Shown one piece after another: positions 53,396 through 63,290 of a stretch of DNA of 64,000 nt. The first letter of the stretch is position 1, and each line of letters starts with the position of its first letter. Source of the stretch: Gaiellaceae bacterium (GTDB taxonomy: Bacteria; Actinomycetota; Thermoleophilia; Gaiellales; Gaiellaceae); assembly GCA_048594925.1 (NCBI GenBank), contig JBMDXR010000077.1, positions 48,315 to 112,314 of the forward strand, read 5' to 3'. The position numbers and the translations under genes are program-made. Under the pieces are notes generated by a model. That model made no database searches and was not told the origin of the DNA. It saw only the letters and a program-made list of their open reading frames with translations.

Positions 53396-54403
53396 TCAGG
53401 CTAGGGCGTCGCGATAGGCGCGAAGCGTCGCCCGTGTCGCAGCTTCCCACGAAAAGCGCTCGCGCGCGAACTCCCTCGCGGCCCTACCGAGCCTGCGTCT
53501 GAGCGACGCGTCCGCGAGCAGTGCCTCGATCGCGGCTCGCAGCGCCGCGGGGTCGCGTGGTGGGACGCGAAGGCCGGTGACGCCGTCCTCAACCGCGTCG
53601 AGCAGCCCTCCCACCGCCGTGGCGACGACCGGACGGCCATACGCCATCGCCTCGCGCACGGCGACGCCGTACCCCTCGCGGCGCGACGGGCAAACGACCA
53701 CAGCAGCGCGCTCGTAGTAGGCGCCGAGCTCGACGTGCGGCACCAAGCCCACCCCGTCGGGCACGCGGTCGCGGAGCGGACCGTCGCCGACGATCACACG
53801 CGGGATGCCGGCGGTCGCCTCCAGGAACTCGGTGACTCCCTTCTCCTCGGAGAGCCTGCCCACGAACAGGACGTGCGGCGGATTGTCGGGCTCGCCGACC
53901 TGCGCTGGGATGGCGACGCCGCTCGGCACGACGCGCAAGTCCCGGGCTCCCAGCTGGCGCGCGGCCTGTGCAAGTGCCTCGGACGGACAGAGAACGAGGC
54001 GGGCACGTCGCACGAGCGGGCGTGACGCCCAGCGGGCCTTCACGGCGAACTCGACGTCCGTGCCCCAGAGCTGGAGGACGAACGGGTTCCCCGTCGTGAG
54101 CGCGGGAAGAGCGGACGGCAGCCAGTGCGCGTGAACGAGATCCGCAGCGCGGGAGGCGCGACGCGCCGCGCGCGAGTACGACGCGAGGAACAGCGGGAGC
54201 AGGAGCGCCTTCCACGGACGGCGCCTGAGGTTCCCCACGATGCCGTGTTCGTAGGCGAGCCCGTAATGCCGGAACGACGCGGGCGAGACGACCTCGACGT
54301 CGACGCCCGCGGCCCGTAGGTGCTCGACTGCGTCTCGCACGAAGACGCCTGCGACTTCGTCCGGCCCTCGCGGGTACGAGGTCGTGAGTACGACGACCCT
54401 CAT
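53396..54403 (-). CDS. GT4 glycosyltransferase
   Basis: ATG 54403 lies in an ATGA overlap. Motifs are MRVVVLTTSYP and VCPSRREGYGVAVREAMAYGRPVVATAVGGLLDAV. Confidence 0.85.
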   Translation of the reverse strand: MRVVVLTTSYPRGPDEVAGVFVRDAVEHLRAAGVDVEVVSPASFRHYGLAYEHGIVGNLRRRPWKALLLPLFLASYSRAARRASRAADLVHAHWLPSALPALTTGNPFVLQLWGTDVEFAVKARWASRPLVRRARLVLCPSEALAQAARQLGARDLRVVPSGVAIPAQVGEPDNPPHVLFVGRLSEEKGVTEFLEATAGIPRVIVGDGPLRDRVPDGVGLVPHVELGAYYERAAVVVCPSRREGYGVAVREAMAYGRPVVATAVGGLLDAVEDGVTGLRVPPRDPAALRAAIEALLADASLRRRLGRAAREFARERFSWEAATRATLRAYRDALA

Positions 54404-55776
54404 TCGCGCCGCGGGCGCGCGGCTACGACTGGGAGGGCGGTCGCGAGCGTCGCGAACACGTAGAAGTAGTAGAAGGTCATGGTGAGGTAGAAGACATTCG
54501 CGACGAGAGTCGCCACGAGCGCAGCTGTCATCCCCCAGGCGACGGGGCGGACTCGCGCCGCGAGCGGGTCACGAGCGGCGGAGAGCGCACGACCGACACG
54601 ACGCGCCGCGCCGAGCCTCGTGAACTGCCAGACGACGAACGCCGCGAAGAGCACGGCGCCCACGATCCCGGTCTCTACGATCGTCGCGACGTAGAACGAG
54701 TGGGGCCCGAAGTCCGGCCGCCCGGTCACGAACTCGTAGTAGACGGCGAAGTTGTTGAGCCCGAGTCCCAGGAAGGGGTTCGTCGACAAGACATCGGGGA
54801 CGAACGAGTAGACCTCGAAGTGCGGCGACGCCGCGGCTCGGCTCGTGTTCGTCCGCGCGCGAAGAACCGTGAGGAAGAAGTCGAGCCGGATCAGCACGAC
54901 TGTTGCGACGACGAGCGCCACCGCGCCGAGCGGCACGAGGAACGCGGGCCGCTTGAGATGGCGCCGGTACGGGAGCGCGAGGATCAGCGCACCGCACCCG
55001 AGGCCGAGGAGGGCGCTGCGCGAGAGGGTCGCGAGCTCGACGACGAGCAGGAACACGAGCGTCACGGCGAGGGGCGTCCTCAGGCGATGGCCGCGCTCGA
55101 GCCTCAGGTACAGCGGCGTCAGCACGAGGAGCGGGATGACGAGCTCGATGCCGAGGTGGTTCGGGTCCCCCGTCAGCGCATTCGGACGAAAGACCTCCTG
55201 CGTGCCGCCCACCGCGCCGAAGACGTTGATGCCCGTCTGCCGCGACGTGATCGGCTCGATCAGCAGTTCGTCGAGGTTGACGCCGCTCTCCGCGAGCGCG
55301 AGCTGGATCACGCCGTAGACGGCATTCAGCCCGATCCCCCCGAGGAACGCGGCGAGCGCGTACCAGTAGAAGCGGAGCCCTCGGCGCGCAAGCAGCGCGA
55401 TCCCGGCAACGAGGAACCCGAAATGGAGAACGAACTTCACCATGCCCTTCGCCCACTGCGCGAGCGACTGGCCCGTGTCGAGGCTGTAGAACCCGACGAG
55501 GTAGACGAGCGCGAAGAGGGCGAAGAAGGCGAGCCCGACGACGGCGGTGCGAGTCAGGCGTCCGTCGTTCCGCTCGAACCGGTCCCAGGCGAACAGCACG
55601 AGGAAGACCGAGGTGAGCACGTCCGAGAGCGTGAGCGCGCCCGCGAGGTCCCACTGGAGCTTGTGGAACGTGACCGTGAGGATCGTCAGCAGAAAGAGCC
55701 CGTCGAGCAGGGTCAGGATCGTCCGATCCTCGACGGCGACGCGTGACGGGAGCGCGTGAGATGCCACGGAGTTCAC
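54400..55776 (-). CDS. O-antigen ligase / Wzy_C-family polytopic membrane protein
   Basis: GTG 55776, about 12 helices. The late motif is GPHSFYVATIVETGIVGAVLFAAFV. Confidence 0.75.
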   Translation of the reverse strand: MNSVASHALPSRVAVEDRTILTLLDGLFLLTILTVTFHKLQWDLAGALTLSDVLTSVFLVLFAWDRFERNDGRLTRTAVVGLAFFALFALVYLVGFYSLDTGQSLAQWAKGMVKFVLHFGFLVAGIALLARRGLRFYWYALAAFLGGIGLNAVYGVIQLALAESGVNLDELLIEPITSRQTGINVFGAVGGTQEVFRPNALTGDPNHLGIELVIPLLVLTPLYLRLERGHRLRTPLAVTLVFLLVVELATLSRSALLGLGCGALILALPYRRHLKRPAFLVPLGAVALVVATVVLIRLDFFLTVLRARTNTSRAAASPHFEVYSFVPDVLSTNPFLGLGLNNFAVYYEFVTGRPDFGPHSFYVATIVETGIVGAVLFAAFVVWQFTRLGAARRVGRALSAARDPLAARVRPVAWGMTAALVATLVANVFYLTMTFYYFYVFATLATALPVVAARPRRE

Positions 55777-55787
55777 GTGCCGGGCCG

Positions 55788-56150
55788 CTAGTGACCCGTG
55801 TAGAGCTCGAGGGACGTCTCGAGATCGACCGTTCGAGCCTCCTCCTGCACTTCCCGGGCGATCGCGACGGTCGGGACGTTATCGAGGACGACCTTCCATC
55901 GACCGCACCCGTCCGCGAGTACCTCTGTGCCGACGAAGCCCACCGACTCCACGCGGTCGCGAAGCGCCTCCGCGTCGAGCGGCGAGTCGAGCCGGCCGAA
56001 GACGACGTCGGCGGGCATCCCCTCGGCCGCCGGCCGGATGCACTCGGTTCTGTCCGGAAAGCGCGGCGCTCCGCTCGCAACCGCGTAGAGCGGGTAGGCA
56101 AGCAACGGCACGACGACGATCACGACTGCAGTCCACGTACGAGTCGTCAC
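55788..56150 (-). CDS. small membrane-anchored protein with SPOR-like beta-alpha-beta-beta-alpha pattern
   Basis: GTG 56150 lies in a GTGA overlap. The N-terminal helix is WTAVVIVVVPLLAYPLY. The sequence VVFGRLDSPLDAEALRDRVESVGF...RWKVVLDNVPTVAIAREV follows. The SPOR assignment is by pattern only. Confidence 0.45.
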   Translation of the reverse strand: MTTRTWTAVVIVVVPLLAYPLYAVASGAPRFPDRTECIRPAAEGMPADVVFGRLDSPLDAEALRDRVESVGFVGTEVLADGCGRWKVVLDNVPTVAIAREVQEEARTVDLETSLELYTGH

Positions 56151-57523
56151 GCTGCCTCGCGTCCGTTGCGGGTGACGGCGGCCCAGGCAGAGGCGATCAA
56201 CAACGGGCTCGCGGAGACGCAGAGCAACGCGGCGGAACCCATGTAGCGCACGATGGGGTTCCCGCCCAGCTCTTGCGTGATCGGCAACTCCGGAATCGCC
56301 CACGTGATCCAGCCGCCACCGAGTGTGACCAGCGCCACGGCGGCGGCCACGAAGCTCGCCAGAACATACTCACGCGCGAGGAGCGCAACGACGATCGCAC
56401 CGATTGCCACCGGTACGATCACGCTCCAGTAGTCGCTCGAGAAGAGCACGTCCCACGCCAGCCTCACGGACGGCCACAGCCTCCCCGCATTCTCGGTCGG
56501 GTCGACGCCGCCGGAGGGCGCCTCGCCTTCGATGCCGTGCGCGATGTACCACAGGCGCCACGGGATCGCGACTGCTCCGACGACGACGGCGCGGAGCGCG
56601 AGCTTCGGCCAGATCGAGCGCCACGACCGAATGGAGGCGAGCCCGGCCGCGACCACGAGGACGGCAGCCAGCAGGAGTCCCTCGCGCTTCGTCAGCACCA
56701 TGCCGGACATCAGCACGGTAGCGACAGCGAGTCGCCAATCGGCTCGGTCGCCCATCCAGAGAACGACGAGCAGAGCCGCCAGAACGAAGAGTTCGTTCAA
56801 GAGGAGATCGGCCTCGGTGACGATGAATCGCGGGCCGATTCGCGGTGCGACGAGCACGAGGAGGACGAACGGCCACAGGATCCACGCGGGCACGCGCTCC
56901 GCGAGGACGCCGGCCAGCGCCCAGAGGAACCCCACCCCGAGAAACCAGAACTGCACGTGCAGCGTCACGACGTCTGCACTCCCCATGACGTGGAACGCCG
57001 AGGCGTCGAGGACGGGGACGAGCGGCGGGTACGAGGGGCCGGGAAGATCGGCGAACAGTTTCTCGTCGAGACCGCCGAAGAGGTAGATCGCCTTCCCTTT
57101 CGGGACCCAGAATGCCCATGCGTCCCACGCGTACAGGCCAGCGAGGCGGGCCTTGCGGAACAGCGCCTCCAGGAGCACCCCCGTGAGTGCGATCCCCACC
57201 GCCGCGACGTACAAGCCAGGACCTGGACGGGGCACGACGAGCTGGGGCAAGGTGCGACCACGCCCTACTGAACCGAGCGCCGAGAGCGCAGCCACCAGCG
57301 CAGGGACGCCGAGGACCGTGATCAGTCCAAACGGTACGCCCGCGATGAGAAGTAGCGTCCAGAGCGAGCCGACCAGGGCGACTCCGAAGACGTACGCGAC
57401 ACCGGCGAGGCGAGCGACCTCGAGCCAGGTCGTCCAGCCACGGAGCAGCCAAAGCACGGACGCTCCGCTGACGAGAAGGAGAGCATTGAGGACTGTGAGA
57501 CCGAGGAGCGACTGGAGGCTCAC
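56147..57523 (-). CDS. polytopic membrane protein (GT-C/ArnT-PMT-like, family unresolved)
   Basis: GTG 57523 lies in a GTGA overlap. It has about 13 helices and the loop motif YAWDAWAFWVPKGKAIY. Confidence 0.6.
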   Translation of the reverse strand: MSLQSLLGLTVLNALLLVSGASVLWLLRGWTTWLEVARLAGVAYVFGVALVGSLWTLLLIAGVPFGLITVLGVPALVAALSALGSVGRGRTLPQLVVPRPGPGLYVAAVGIALTGVLLEALFRKARLAGLYAWDAWAFWVPKGKAIYLFGGLDEKLFADLPGPSYPPLVPVLDASAFHVMGSADVVTLHVQFWFLGVGFLWALAGVLAERVPAWILWPFVLLVLVAPRIGPRFIVTEADLLLNELFVLAALLVVLWMGDRADWRLAVATVLMSGMVLTKREGLLLAAVLVVAAGLASIRSWRSIWPKLALRAVVVGAVAIPWRLWYIAHGIEGEAPSGGVDPTENAGRLWPSVRLAWDVLFSSDYWSVIVPVAIGAIVVALLAREYVLASFVAAAVALVTLGGGWITWAIPELPITQELGGNPIVRYMGSAALLCVSASPLLIASAWAAVTRNGREAA

Positions 57524-57984
57524 TCCAGGAGCCTCACGATGCAGATGTTCTCCGGGCTTTGCCAGACGACGGTCGCGTTAGGTCCGTACGGCTCCAGGTC
57601 GCAGCCATAGCAGATGACCCAGGGAGCGCTTTCCGCAGGTCGACGAGGCAGCAGGAAGTAGCGGTAAAAGGCGGCGACGTGGTCGACCGTCAGGGCGCCG
57701 CCGCCTGCGTATCCCGGGTCGACGGCGACGTGGTACGAGTCGTGCTCGGGGATGATCGCGCGTGCGGCGTATGCAGCCGTCTGATCCGCGACGAGCTCGT
57801 TCCCCCCTGCCACCTCCCGGTCGGAGAAGGAGAGCGAGGCGTTCGTCGATGCATCCGCCTGGAAGCCGCGGAGGACATCGACGTACCTCAGGAGAACGGC
57901 AACCGCGGTAACTGCAACGAGAAAGACCACGCCGACGCGGACGAGCACCGACGGCCATTCGAGCCACCACGACAGAGGTCGCAC
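57520..57984 (-). CDS. small membrane-anchored hypothetical protein
   Basis: The start is GTG 57984 (or TTG 57990), just downstream of the upstream stop at 57995. The N-terminal helix is VRVGVVFLVAVTAVAVLL and is followed by a roughly 115-aa soluble domain. The ORF-track N-terminus is a run-through. Confidence 0.45.
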   Translation of the reverse strand: MRPLSWWLEWPSVLVRVGVVFLVAVTAVAVLLRYVDVLRGFQADASTNASLSFSDREVAGGNELVADQTAAYAARAIIPEHDSYHVAVDPGYAGGGALTVDHVAAFYRYFLLPRRPAESAPWVICYGCDLEPYGPNATVVWQSPENICIVRLLE

Positions 57985-57994
57985 GGTCAACGGT

Positions 57995-59242
57995 CTACAC
58001 GACAGCTCGGAGGAGCGACGCCATCTCCTCGACCCGCGCCTTCCGTGACAACCGCTCCCCGTCGCGCTTCGCCAGCTCGACGGCGGGAAGGCCGCCGTTC
58101 GTGAACCGCGCGTGGAGCTCGACGAGCGCAGTCTTGATCCCCTCGACGTCGTCCGGCGCGACGACGACTCCGGAACCGGTCTCGCGAATGAGCTCCGCTG
58201 CGGCTCCGTCCGGAGGGACGACCGCGAGAATCGGGCGACCGGCCGCCAGGTACTCGAAGACCTTGCCGGAGAGAACGCCCTTGCCCCTCCCACCCGCGTC
58301 GGGGACGAGGAGCAGGAGCGCCTCCGAGTCGCGCTGGAGCCGTAGCGACTCGACGCGCGGCGCATACGGGACGAGCTCGAGCCGGTCGCCGAGTCCGAGA
58401 GTCTCGGCCCACTGGCGGTCCGTGGAGCGAAAGTCGCCGACGAAGCGCGCGACCGCGTCGAGGTCGGCGTCGCGAAACGCCTGCAGGAACGGCCTCGGAT
58501 CACGCTTGCCGAAGAAGCTCCCGGTGTGCGTGATGCGGAACCTCGAGGCGGGCCGGTACTCGAGCCCGGCGAAGTCGTCGAAGTCGCATCCGTTCGCGAT
58601 CACCCGAACGACGCCGCGCGGGCTCAGGCCCCTCATCTCGTCGGCGATCGCCTCGGAGACGCACGAGACGGCGTCGGCTCTCCGCGCGACGAGCCGTGCG
58701 ACCTGCTCGTTCGCAGCCTGCCGCGCGCGTGCAGCCGCCGTGTCGTCACGGCGGTGCTGATTTGCGACGAGCGGATCGCGCAGATCGGCGATCCAGCGTG
58801 CGTCCGTCGCGGCCTGTACCGCCGCCCCGACCAAGTGGACCGATCCTGGCGGCGACGTGGTGATCACCGCGTCGATCCCCTCGCGTCGCGCGATGCGGAT
58901 CGCGGCCGGGATCGCGGTGAGGTTCCACGTCACGCTCGCGTCGGGCACGAGCAGCCGCCTCGCCGTCACCTGAGCCTGGACGAGCGCGCGCTCGAGCCCG
59001 TCGGCAGCGCGGAGCTCCTCCGCGGGCTTCCGGGCGCGCGGACCGATGTAGCGCGCTCGATGGATCCACGCCTGCGTCGGCACGCGGAGCTCGGGGTCAC
59101 GATGAACCCACTTCGGGTCGTCCGGCGCGAGCACGTGCGTCTCGATCCCGAGCGGAGGGAGGTACTGCGCGAGCTTGAGCGACCGCTGGACGCCCCCGCC
59201 TCCCGCCGGCGGGAAGTACATCGTCACGAGCAGGACGCGCAT
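57995..59242 (-). CDS. GT4 glycosyltransferase
   Basis: ATG 59242 directly abuts the PIN gene stop (TAG 59245..59243). Motifs are MRVLLVTMYFPPAGGGGVQRSLKL and GKVFEYLAAGRPILAVVP. Confidence 0.85.
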   Translation of the reverse strand: MRVLLVTMYFPPAGGGGVQRSLKLAQYLPPLGIETHVLAPDDPKWVHRDPELRVPTQAWIHRARYIGPRARKPAEELRAADGLERALVQAQVTARRLLVPDASVTWNLTAIPAAIRIARREGIDAVITTSPPGSVHLVGAAVQAATDARWIADLRDPLVANQHRRDDTAAARARQAANEQVARLVARRADAVSCVSEAIADEMRGLSPRGVVRVIANGCDFDDFAGLEYRPASRFRITHTGSFFGKRDPRPFLQAFRDADLDAVARFVGDFRSTDRQWAETLGLGDRLELVPYAPRVESLRLQRDSEALLLLVPDAGGRGKGVLSGKVFEYLAAGRPILAVVPPDGAAAELIRETGSGVVVAPDDVEGIKTALVELHARFTNGGLPAVELAKRDGERLSRKARVEEMASLLRAVV

Positions 59243-59650
59243 CTAGGTTGGCTTCGCGTCGAGCACGTCGATCGTCGCCGTCGGCACGATCCCCTCGACG
59301 CCGCGCGCGAGCTTCTCGTCCAGGGTCACGAACGCCTCTCCCTGCAGCTGCGTGAGCGCGAGGTACTCGGCGTCGTAGGTCTCGGCCCAGCCCAGGCGAT
59401 CCGCCAGCTCCCAGGCGCGACGTCGCAGCACGGCGTCGCCGAGGAGCCTGATCCGCATCCGGTTGACGCGGGCGAGAAGCTCGCGCGCGACGTCAGCGGG
59501 GATCTCTGCCCGGTGGACGGCTTCGTGCATCGCCGACAGCGTCTGGGACCGCAGAAGCGTCGGTGCCAGGAGCTCGTGCTCCTCCGAGGCCTCTGTCCCC
59601 GTGCTCGCGAGGTGGAGCACGACGCCCGCGTCGACGACGAACCTGGTCAC
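59243..59650 (-). CDS. PIN-domain protein (VapC-like), no cognate antitoxin gene visible
   Basis: GTG 59650, 135 aa. The acidic PIN residues are in their usual contexts: FVVDAGVVL, MHEAV, YDAEYLALT and FVTLDEKL. Confidence 0.7.
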   Translation of the reverse strand: MTRFVVDAGVVLHLASTGTEASEEHELLAPTLLRSQTLSAMHEAVHRAEIPADVARELLARVNRMRIRLLGDAVLRRRAWELADRLGWAETYDAEYLALTQLQGEAFVTLDEKLARGVEGIVPTATIDVLDAKPT

Positions 59651-59674
59651 GGCAGCAAAGGGTAGACGGGTGGC

Positions 59675-60955
59675 TCAGAGAGAGGCGAACGCGGCGGCCG
59701 CAGCTTCCACCGTGGCGTCGATCTCGCGGTCTCGGTGCGCTGCCGAAAGGAACCACGCTTCGAACTGGGAAGGCGGGAGGTACACGCTGCGCTCGAGCAT
59801 GCCGCGATGGAACGCGGCGAAGCGCCCGGCGTCGGCTCTCTTCGCATCCTCCCAGCTTCCGATGGGCGTCTCCGTGAAGAAGAGGCCGAACATGGTTCCG
59901 GATTGCGTCGGTCGCACGGCGACTCCCGCGTTCGCGGCCGCATCTCCGATTCCGGCGAACAGCCGCTCGCCTGCAGCGACGATTCCGTCCCAGACGCCAG
60001 GCTCGGCGAGTGCGCGCAGCGTCTCGGTCCCAGCGGTCATCGCGAGCGGATTCCCCGAGAGCGTCCCCGCCTGGTAGACGGGGCCCGCCGGCGCGACGAG
60101 CTCCATCACGTCGCGCCGCCCGCCGTACGCGCCGACGGGGAGGCCACCGCCGATGACCTTCCCCAGGGTCGTGAGATCCGGCGTGATGCCGTACAGCGCT
60201 TGCGCGCCGCCGGGATGCACCCGGAAGCCGGTCATGACCTCGTCGAAGACGAGCAGAGAGCCGTACGTCGTCGTGAGCGCACGGAGACCCTCGAGGAAGC
60301 CCTCCGCCGGGACGACGAGCCCCATGTTCCCCGCGACGGGCTCCACGATCACCGCCGCGATGTCGTCGTGCGCGCCGAAGAGCGCGTCCACGGTCTCGAG
60401 GTCGTTGTAGGGAGCAGTGAGCGTGTCGGCGACAGCCCCTGTCGTGACTCCGGGCGAATCGGGGAGCCCGAGCGTCGCAACGCCGGATCCCGCCTGGACG
60501 AGGAGAAGGTCGGCGTGCCCGTGGTAGCAGCCGGTGAACTTGAGGATCTTCGTCCGGCCGGTGAACGCCCGCGCGACGCGCAGCGCGCTCATCGTCGCCT
60601 CGGTCCCCGAGCTCACGAAGCGCACGAGCTCGATGCTCGGCATCGCATCGCGGACGAGCCTCGCGAGCTCGAGCTCGAGCGAGCTGGGCGCACCGAAGCT
60701 CGTCCCTCGCCGAAGCGCTTCCTCCAACGCGGCGACCACACGCGGGTGCGCGTGGCCGAGGATCAACGGGCCCCAGGAGAGAACGTAGTCGACGAAGCGG
60801 TTCCCGTCGACGTCGACGAGGTAGGCGCCCTCGCCACGGTCGATGAAGAGCGGCGAGCCGCCGACGGCTTTGAAGGCCCGGACCGGCGAGCTCACGCCTC
60901 CCGGCATGAGCCCCGCGGCCTCGGCAAAGAGTCGCTGCGACGTCGCGCGCGTCAC
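59675..60955 (-). CDS. hemL: glutamate-1-semialdehyde 2,1-aminomutase
   Basis: GTG 60955 lies in a GTGA overlap. Motifs: [35 protein letters not shown], and [17 protein letters not shown] carrying the PLP lysine. Confidence 0.92.
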   Translation of the reverse strand: MTRATSQRLFAEAAGLMPGGVSSPVRAFKAVGGSPLFIDRGEGAYLVDVDGNRFVDYVLSWGPLILGHAHPRVVAALEEALRRGTSFGAPSSLELELARLVRDAMPSIELVRFVSSGTEATMSALRVARAFTGRTKILKFTGCYHGHADLLLVQAGSGVATLGLPDSPGVTTGAVADTLTAPYNDLETVDALFGAHDDIAAVIVEPVAGNMGLVVPAEGFLEGLRALTTTYGSLLVFDEVMTGFRVHPGGAQALYGITPDLTTLGKVIGGGLPVGAYGGRRDVMELVAPAGPVYQAGTLSGNPLAMTAGTETLRALAEPGVWDGIVAAGERLFAGIGDAAANAGVAVRPTQSGTMFGLFFTETPIGSWEDAKRADAGRFAAFHRGMLERSVYLPPSQFEAWFLSAAHRDREIDATVEAAAAAFASL

Positions 60956-62343
60956 GCGCTCGCCCCGGCGACGGCGTGGACGACCGACTCCGCCGCCTGC
61001 TCGCCCGAGCGGATGCAATCCGGGATTCCGACACCTCGATACGCAGCGCCCGCCAGAGCGAGCCCCGGGTGCGCGGCCAGCAGCTCGTCGATCCGCTGGA
61101 GTCGCTCCGGATGTCCCAGGACGTACTGCGGCATCGCACGTGGCCAGCGATGGATCCGCGTGAGCAGCGGCTCGGCCGAGATCTCGAGCAACCCGACCTC
61201 CTCGCGGGCGAGGTCGAGGAGCTCTCGATCGCTCCGGTTCGTGACGTCGTCCCCGCCGAAGCGGCCGGCGTATACACGGATGAGCGCGGCTCCCTCCGGG
61301 GCTCTGCCCTGCCACTTCTGTGACGTCCACGTGCAGGCGAGCACGTCGGTGTCTTCGGTGCGGGGCACGAGGTAGCCGTAGCCGTTCAAGGAGGGGACGT
61401 CTTCCTCGCGATAGCCCAACGTCACGATGGCCGACGACGCGTACGGGATCTCGACGTGCAGCTCCGCGAGCTCGGGATCGACGCCCTCGAGGAGCGGCGC
61501 GGCCGCGTACGCGGGCACCGCGAGAACGACGGCATCCGCCTCGAACGTGGCGCCGCCGTCGAGGTCGACGACGAAGCCGTCGCGCGTTGCGGTCAGACCG
61601 GACGCACTCTCCCCGACGGCCGACTGGACGCGGTGCTCGAGCGCGTTCGAAAGGGCACCCACGAGCGTGTCCATCCCGGATTCGAGCGTGACGAACGGCG
61701 GGTACAGATCGCTGGCCGCGGGCGTCGCGGCCAGACCGCGCAAGATGCTTCCGTGCTCGAGCTCGAGCGTGCGCAGCTGCGGAAACGTCGCCTGCAGCGA
61801 CAGCTGCTGGCCGTCGCCGCCGTAGATCCCCGTCATCAGCGGCTCGACGAGGCGCTCGTATGCTTCGTGACCCAGCCGGCGCGTGACGAAGGACGCGATG
61901 GACTCGTCGCCTCGATCCGCGTCGGGCGGGAGCTCAGCCTCGGCTGCCAGGCGCGCCTTGCCTTCCCGGGAAAGCAGCGTGGTCTCGGAGAGCGCGTCGA
62001 GATTCGTCGGGATCATCCCCGTCAGACCCTCGGGAAGCGGATGCAGGTCGCGACCGACGCGGACGAACGTGCGCTCGTTCTCGGGTCGACGGCCGACGAG
62101 CTCCTCCGCCAGCCCGAGCTCCTCGCAGAGACCGACGCCGCGGTCCTTGCGGGACAGGAAGCTGTCGGCAGCGGCCTCGATGACGAAGCCGCCGACCCGT
62201 TCCGTCAGGAGCTTTCCGCCGACGCTTCCTTCGCGCTCGACGAGGAGGAGACGCTCCCAGGGCGCGTCGCTCGGCACGAGCTGCCCGAGTCGCCTGGCTG
62301 CAGCGAGCCCGGAAATCCCACCCCCGATGACGACCGCTCTCAC
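60952..62343 (-). CDS. hemY: protoporphyrinogen/coproporphyrinogen III oxidase (HemY/CgoX type, FAD)
   Basis: GTG 62343 lies in a GTGA overlap. The FAD motif [16 protein letters not shown] is present. The 463-aa length and C-terminal [13 protein letters not shown] are typical. Confidence 0.85.
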   Translation of the reverse strand: MRAVVIGGGISGLAAARRLGQLVPSDAPWERLLLVEREGSVGGKLLTERVGGFVIEAAADSFLSRKDRGVGLCEELGLAEELVGRRPENERTFVRVGRDLHPLPEGLTGMIPTNLDALSETTLLSREGKARLAAEAELPPDADRGDESIASFVTRRLGHEAYERLVEPLMTGIYGGDGQQLSLQATFPQLRTLELEHGSILRGLAATPAASDLYPPFVTLESGMDTLVGALSNALEHRVQSAVGESASGLTATRDGFVVDLDGGATFEADAVVLAVPAYAAAPLLEGVDPELAELHVEIPYASSAIVTLGYREEDVPSLNGYGYLVPRTEDTDVLACTWTSQKWQGRAPEGAALIRVYAGRFGGDDVTNRSDRELLDLAREEVGLLEISAEPLLTRIHRWPRAMPQYVLGHPERLQRIDELLAAHPGLALAGAAYRGVGIPDCIRSGEQAAESVVHAVAGASA

Positions 62344-63290
62344 GCGGCGCGACTCGCGACCGGCAGCTTGCCGGCACGCTCACGGACGAGATCGGCAAGC
62401 GCGCCGATGAAGACCGGATCGTCGTTGAGGGCCGGCGGCCGCTCGAGACGCATGCCGAGGCTCTCGGCGATCGCGCGAGCACGCACGTCGATGTCGTACA
62501 GCAGCTCGACGTGGTCGGAGACGAACCCGACGGGGACGGAGACGACGTCGCGGACACCCTCCACGGCCAGCCGCTCGAGGCGCTCACCGAGATCCGGGCC
62601 CGCCCACAGCTCGGGCGTGCGCCCGGCCGACTGATAGGCCCACGACCACCGGTTGTCGTCGAGACCTGTCTGCGCGGCGACCAGCCGCGCCGTCTCGAGG
62701 CACTGCCGGCCATACGGATCGCCCGACGCGAGGACGCGCTCCGGGAGGCTGTGCGCGCTGAAGACGACGTGCACCCGGTCACGCGCCTCGTCGGGCCAGC
62801 GCGAGAGGCCCTCCTCGACGCGCTTCGCGAACGCGGCCACGAGTCCAGGAGCATCGTGGTAGCTCGGCACGTGCTCGAACCGCATTCGGCCTCGGTAGAG
62901 CTCGAGGCCGTCGGTGATCTTCTGCTGGTAGCGCGCGACGGAGAGTGCGCTGAAGTGTGGCGCGAGCACGAGGCTGACGGCGTGCGTCACGCCGTCGGCG
63001 ACCATCTCGCCCACGACGTCCTCGATCCACGGTGCCCAGTGGCGCATGCCGAGGTAGCACCGGTACTCCAGCCCGAGCTCCTGTGCGAGCGCGTCGACCT
63101 GACGACGGGAGACGTCGAGCAGCGGAGATCGGCCGCCGATCGCGCGGTAGTTTTCCGTGATCTCGTCCAGGACCGCACGCGGCGTCGGGCGCCCGTGGCG
63201 GATGTCCGCAAGATAGCCCGGGATCTCGTCGAGCGACTCGGGCCCGCCGTAGGCCATCACGAGCACGCCGATCGGGCTCGTCGAGCTCAC
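62340..63290 (-). CDS. hemH: ferrochelatase (HemH/CpfC)
   Basis: GTG 63290 lies in a GTGA overlap. Motifs: GVLVMAYGGP, FSAHSLP and GFVSDHVELLYDID. No C-terminal Cys cluster is seen. Confidence 0.88.
   Translation of the reverse strand: MSSTSPIGVLVMAYGGPESLDEIPGYLADIRHGRPTPRAVLDEITENYRAIGGRSPLLDVSRRQVDALAQELGLEYRCYLGMRHWAPWIEDVVGEMVADGVTHAVSLVLAPHFSALSVARYQQKITDGLELYRGRMRFEHVPSYHDAPGLVAAFAKRVEEGLSRWPDEARDRVHVVFSAHSLPERVLASGDPYGRQCLETARLVAAQTGLDDNRWSWAYQSAGRTPELWAGPDLGERLERLAVEGVRDVVSVPVGFVSDHVELLYDIDVRARAIAESLGMRLERPPALNDDPVFIGALADLVRERAGKLPVASRAA

Noticed and set aside
59651-59674. Search for a VapB-type antitoxin ORF next to the PIN gene.
   Set aside because: Only 24 nt separate the PIN start from the hemL stop, and 0 nt separate its stop from the next gene. 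No small ORF fits on either strand without lying entirely inside hemL or the GT4 gene in a shadow frame.
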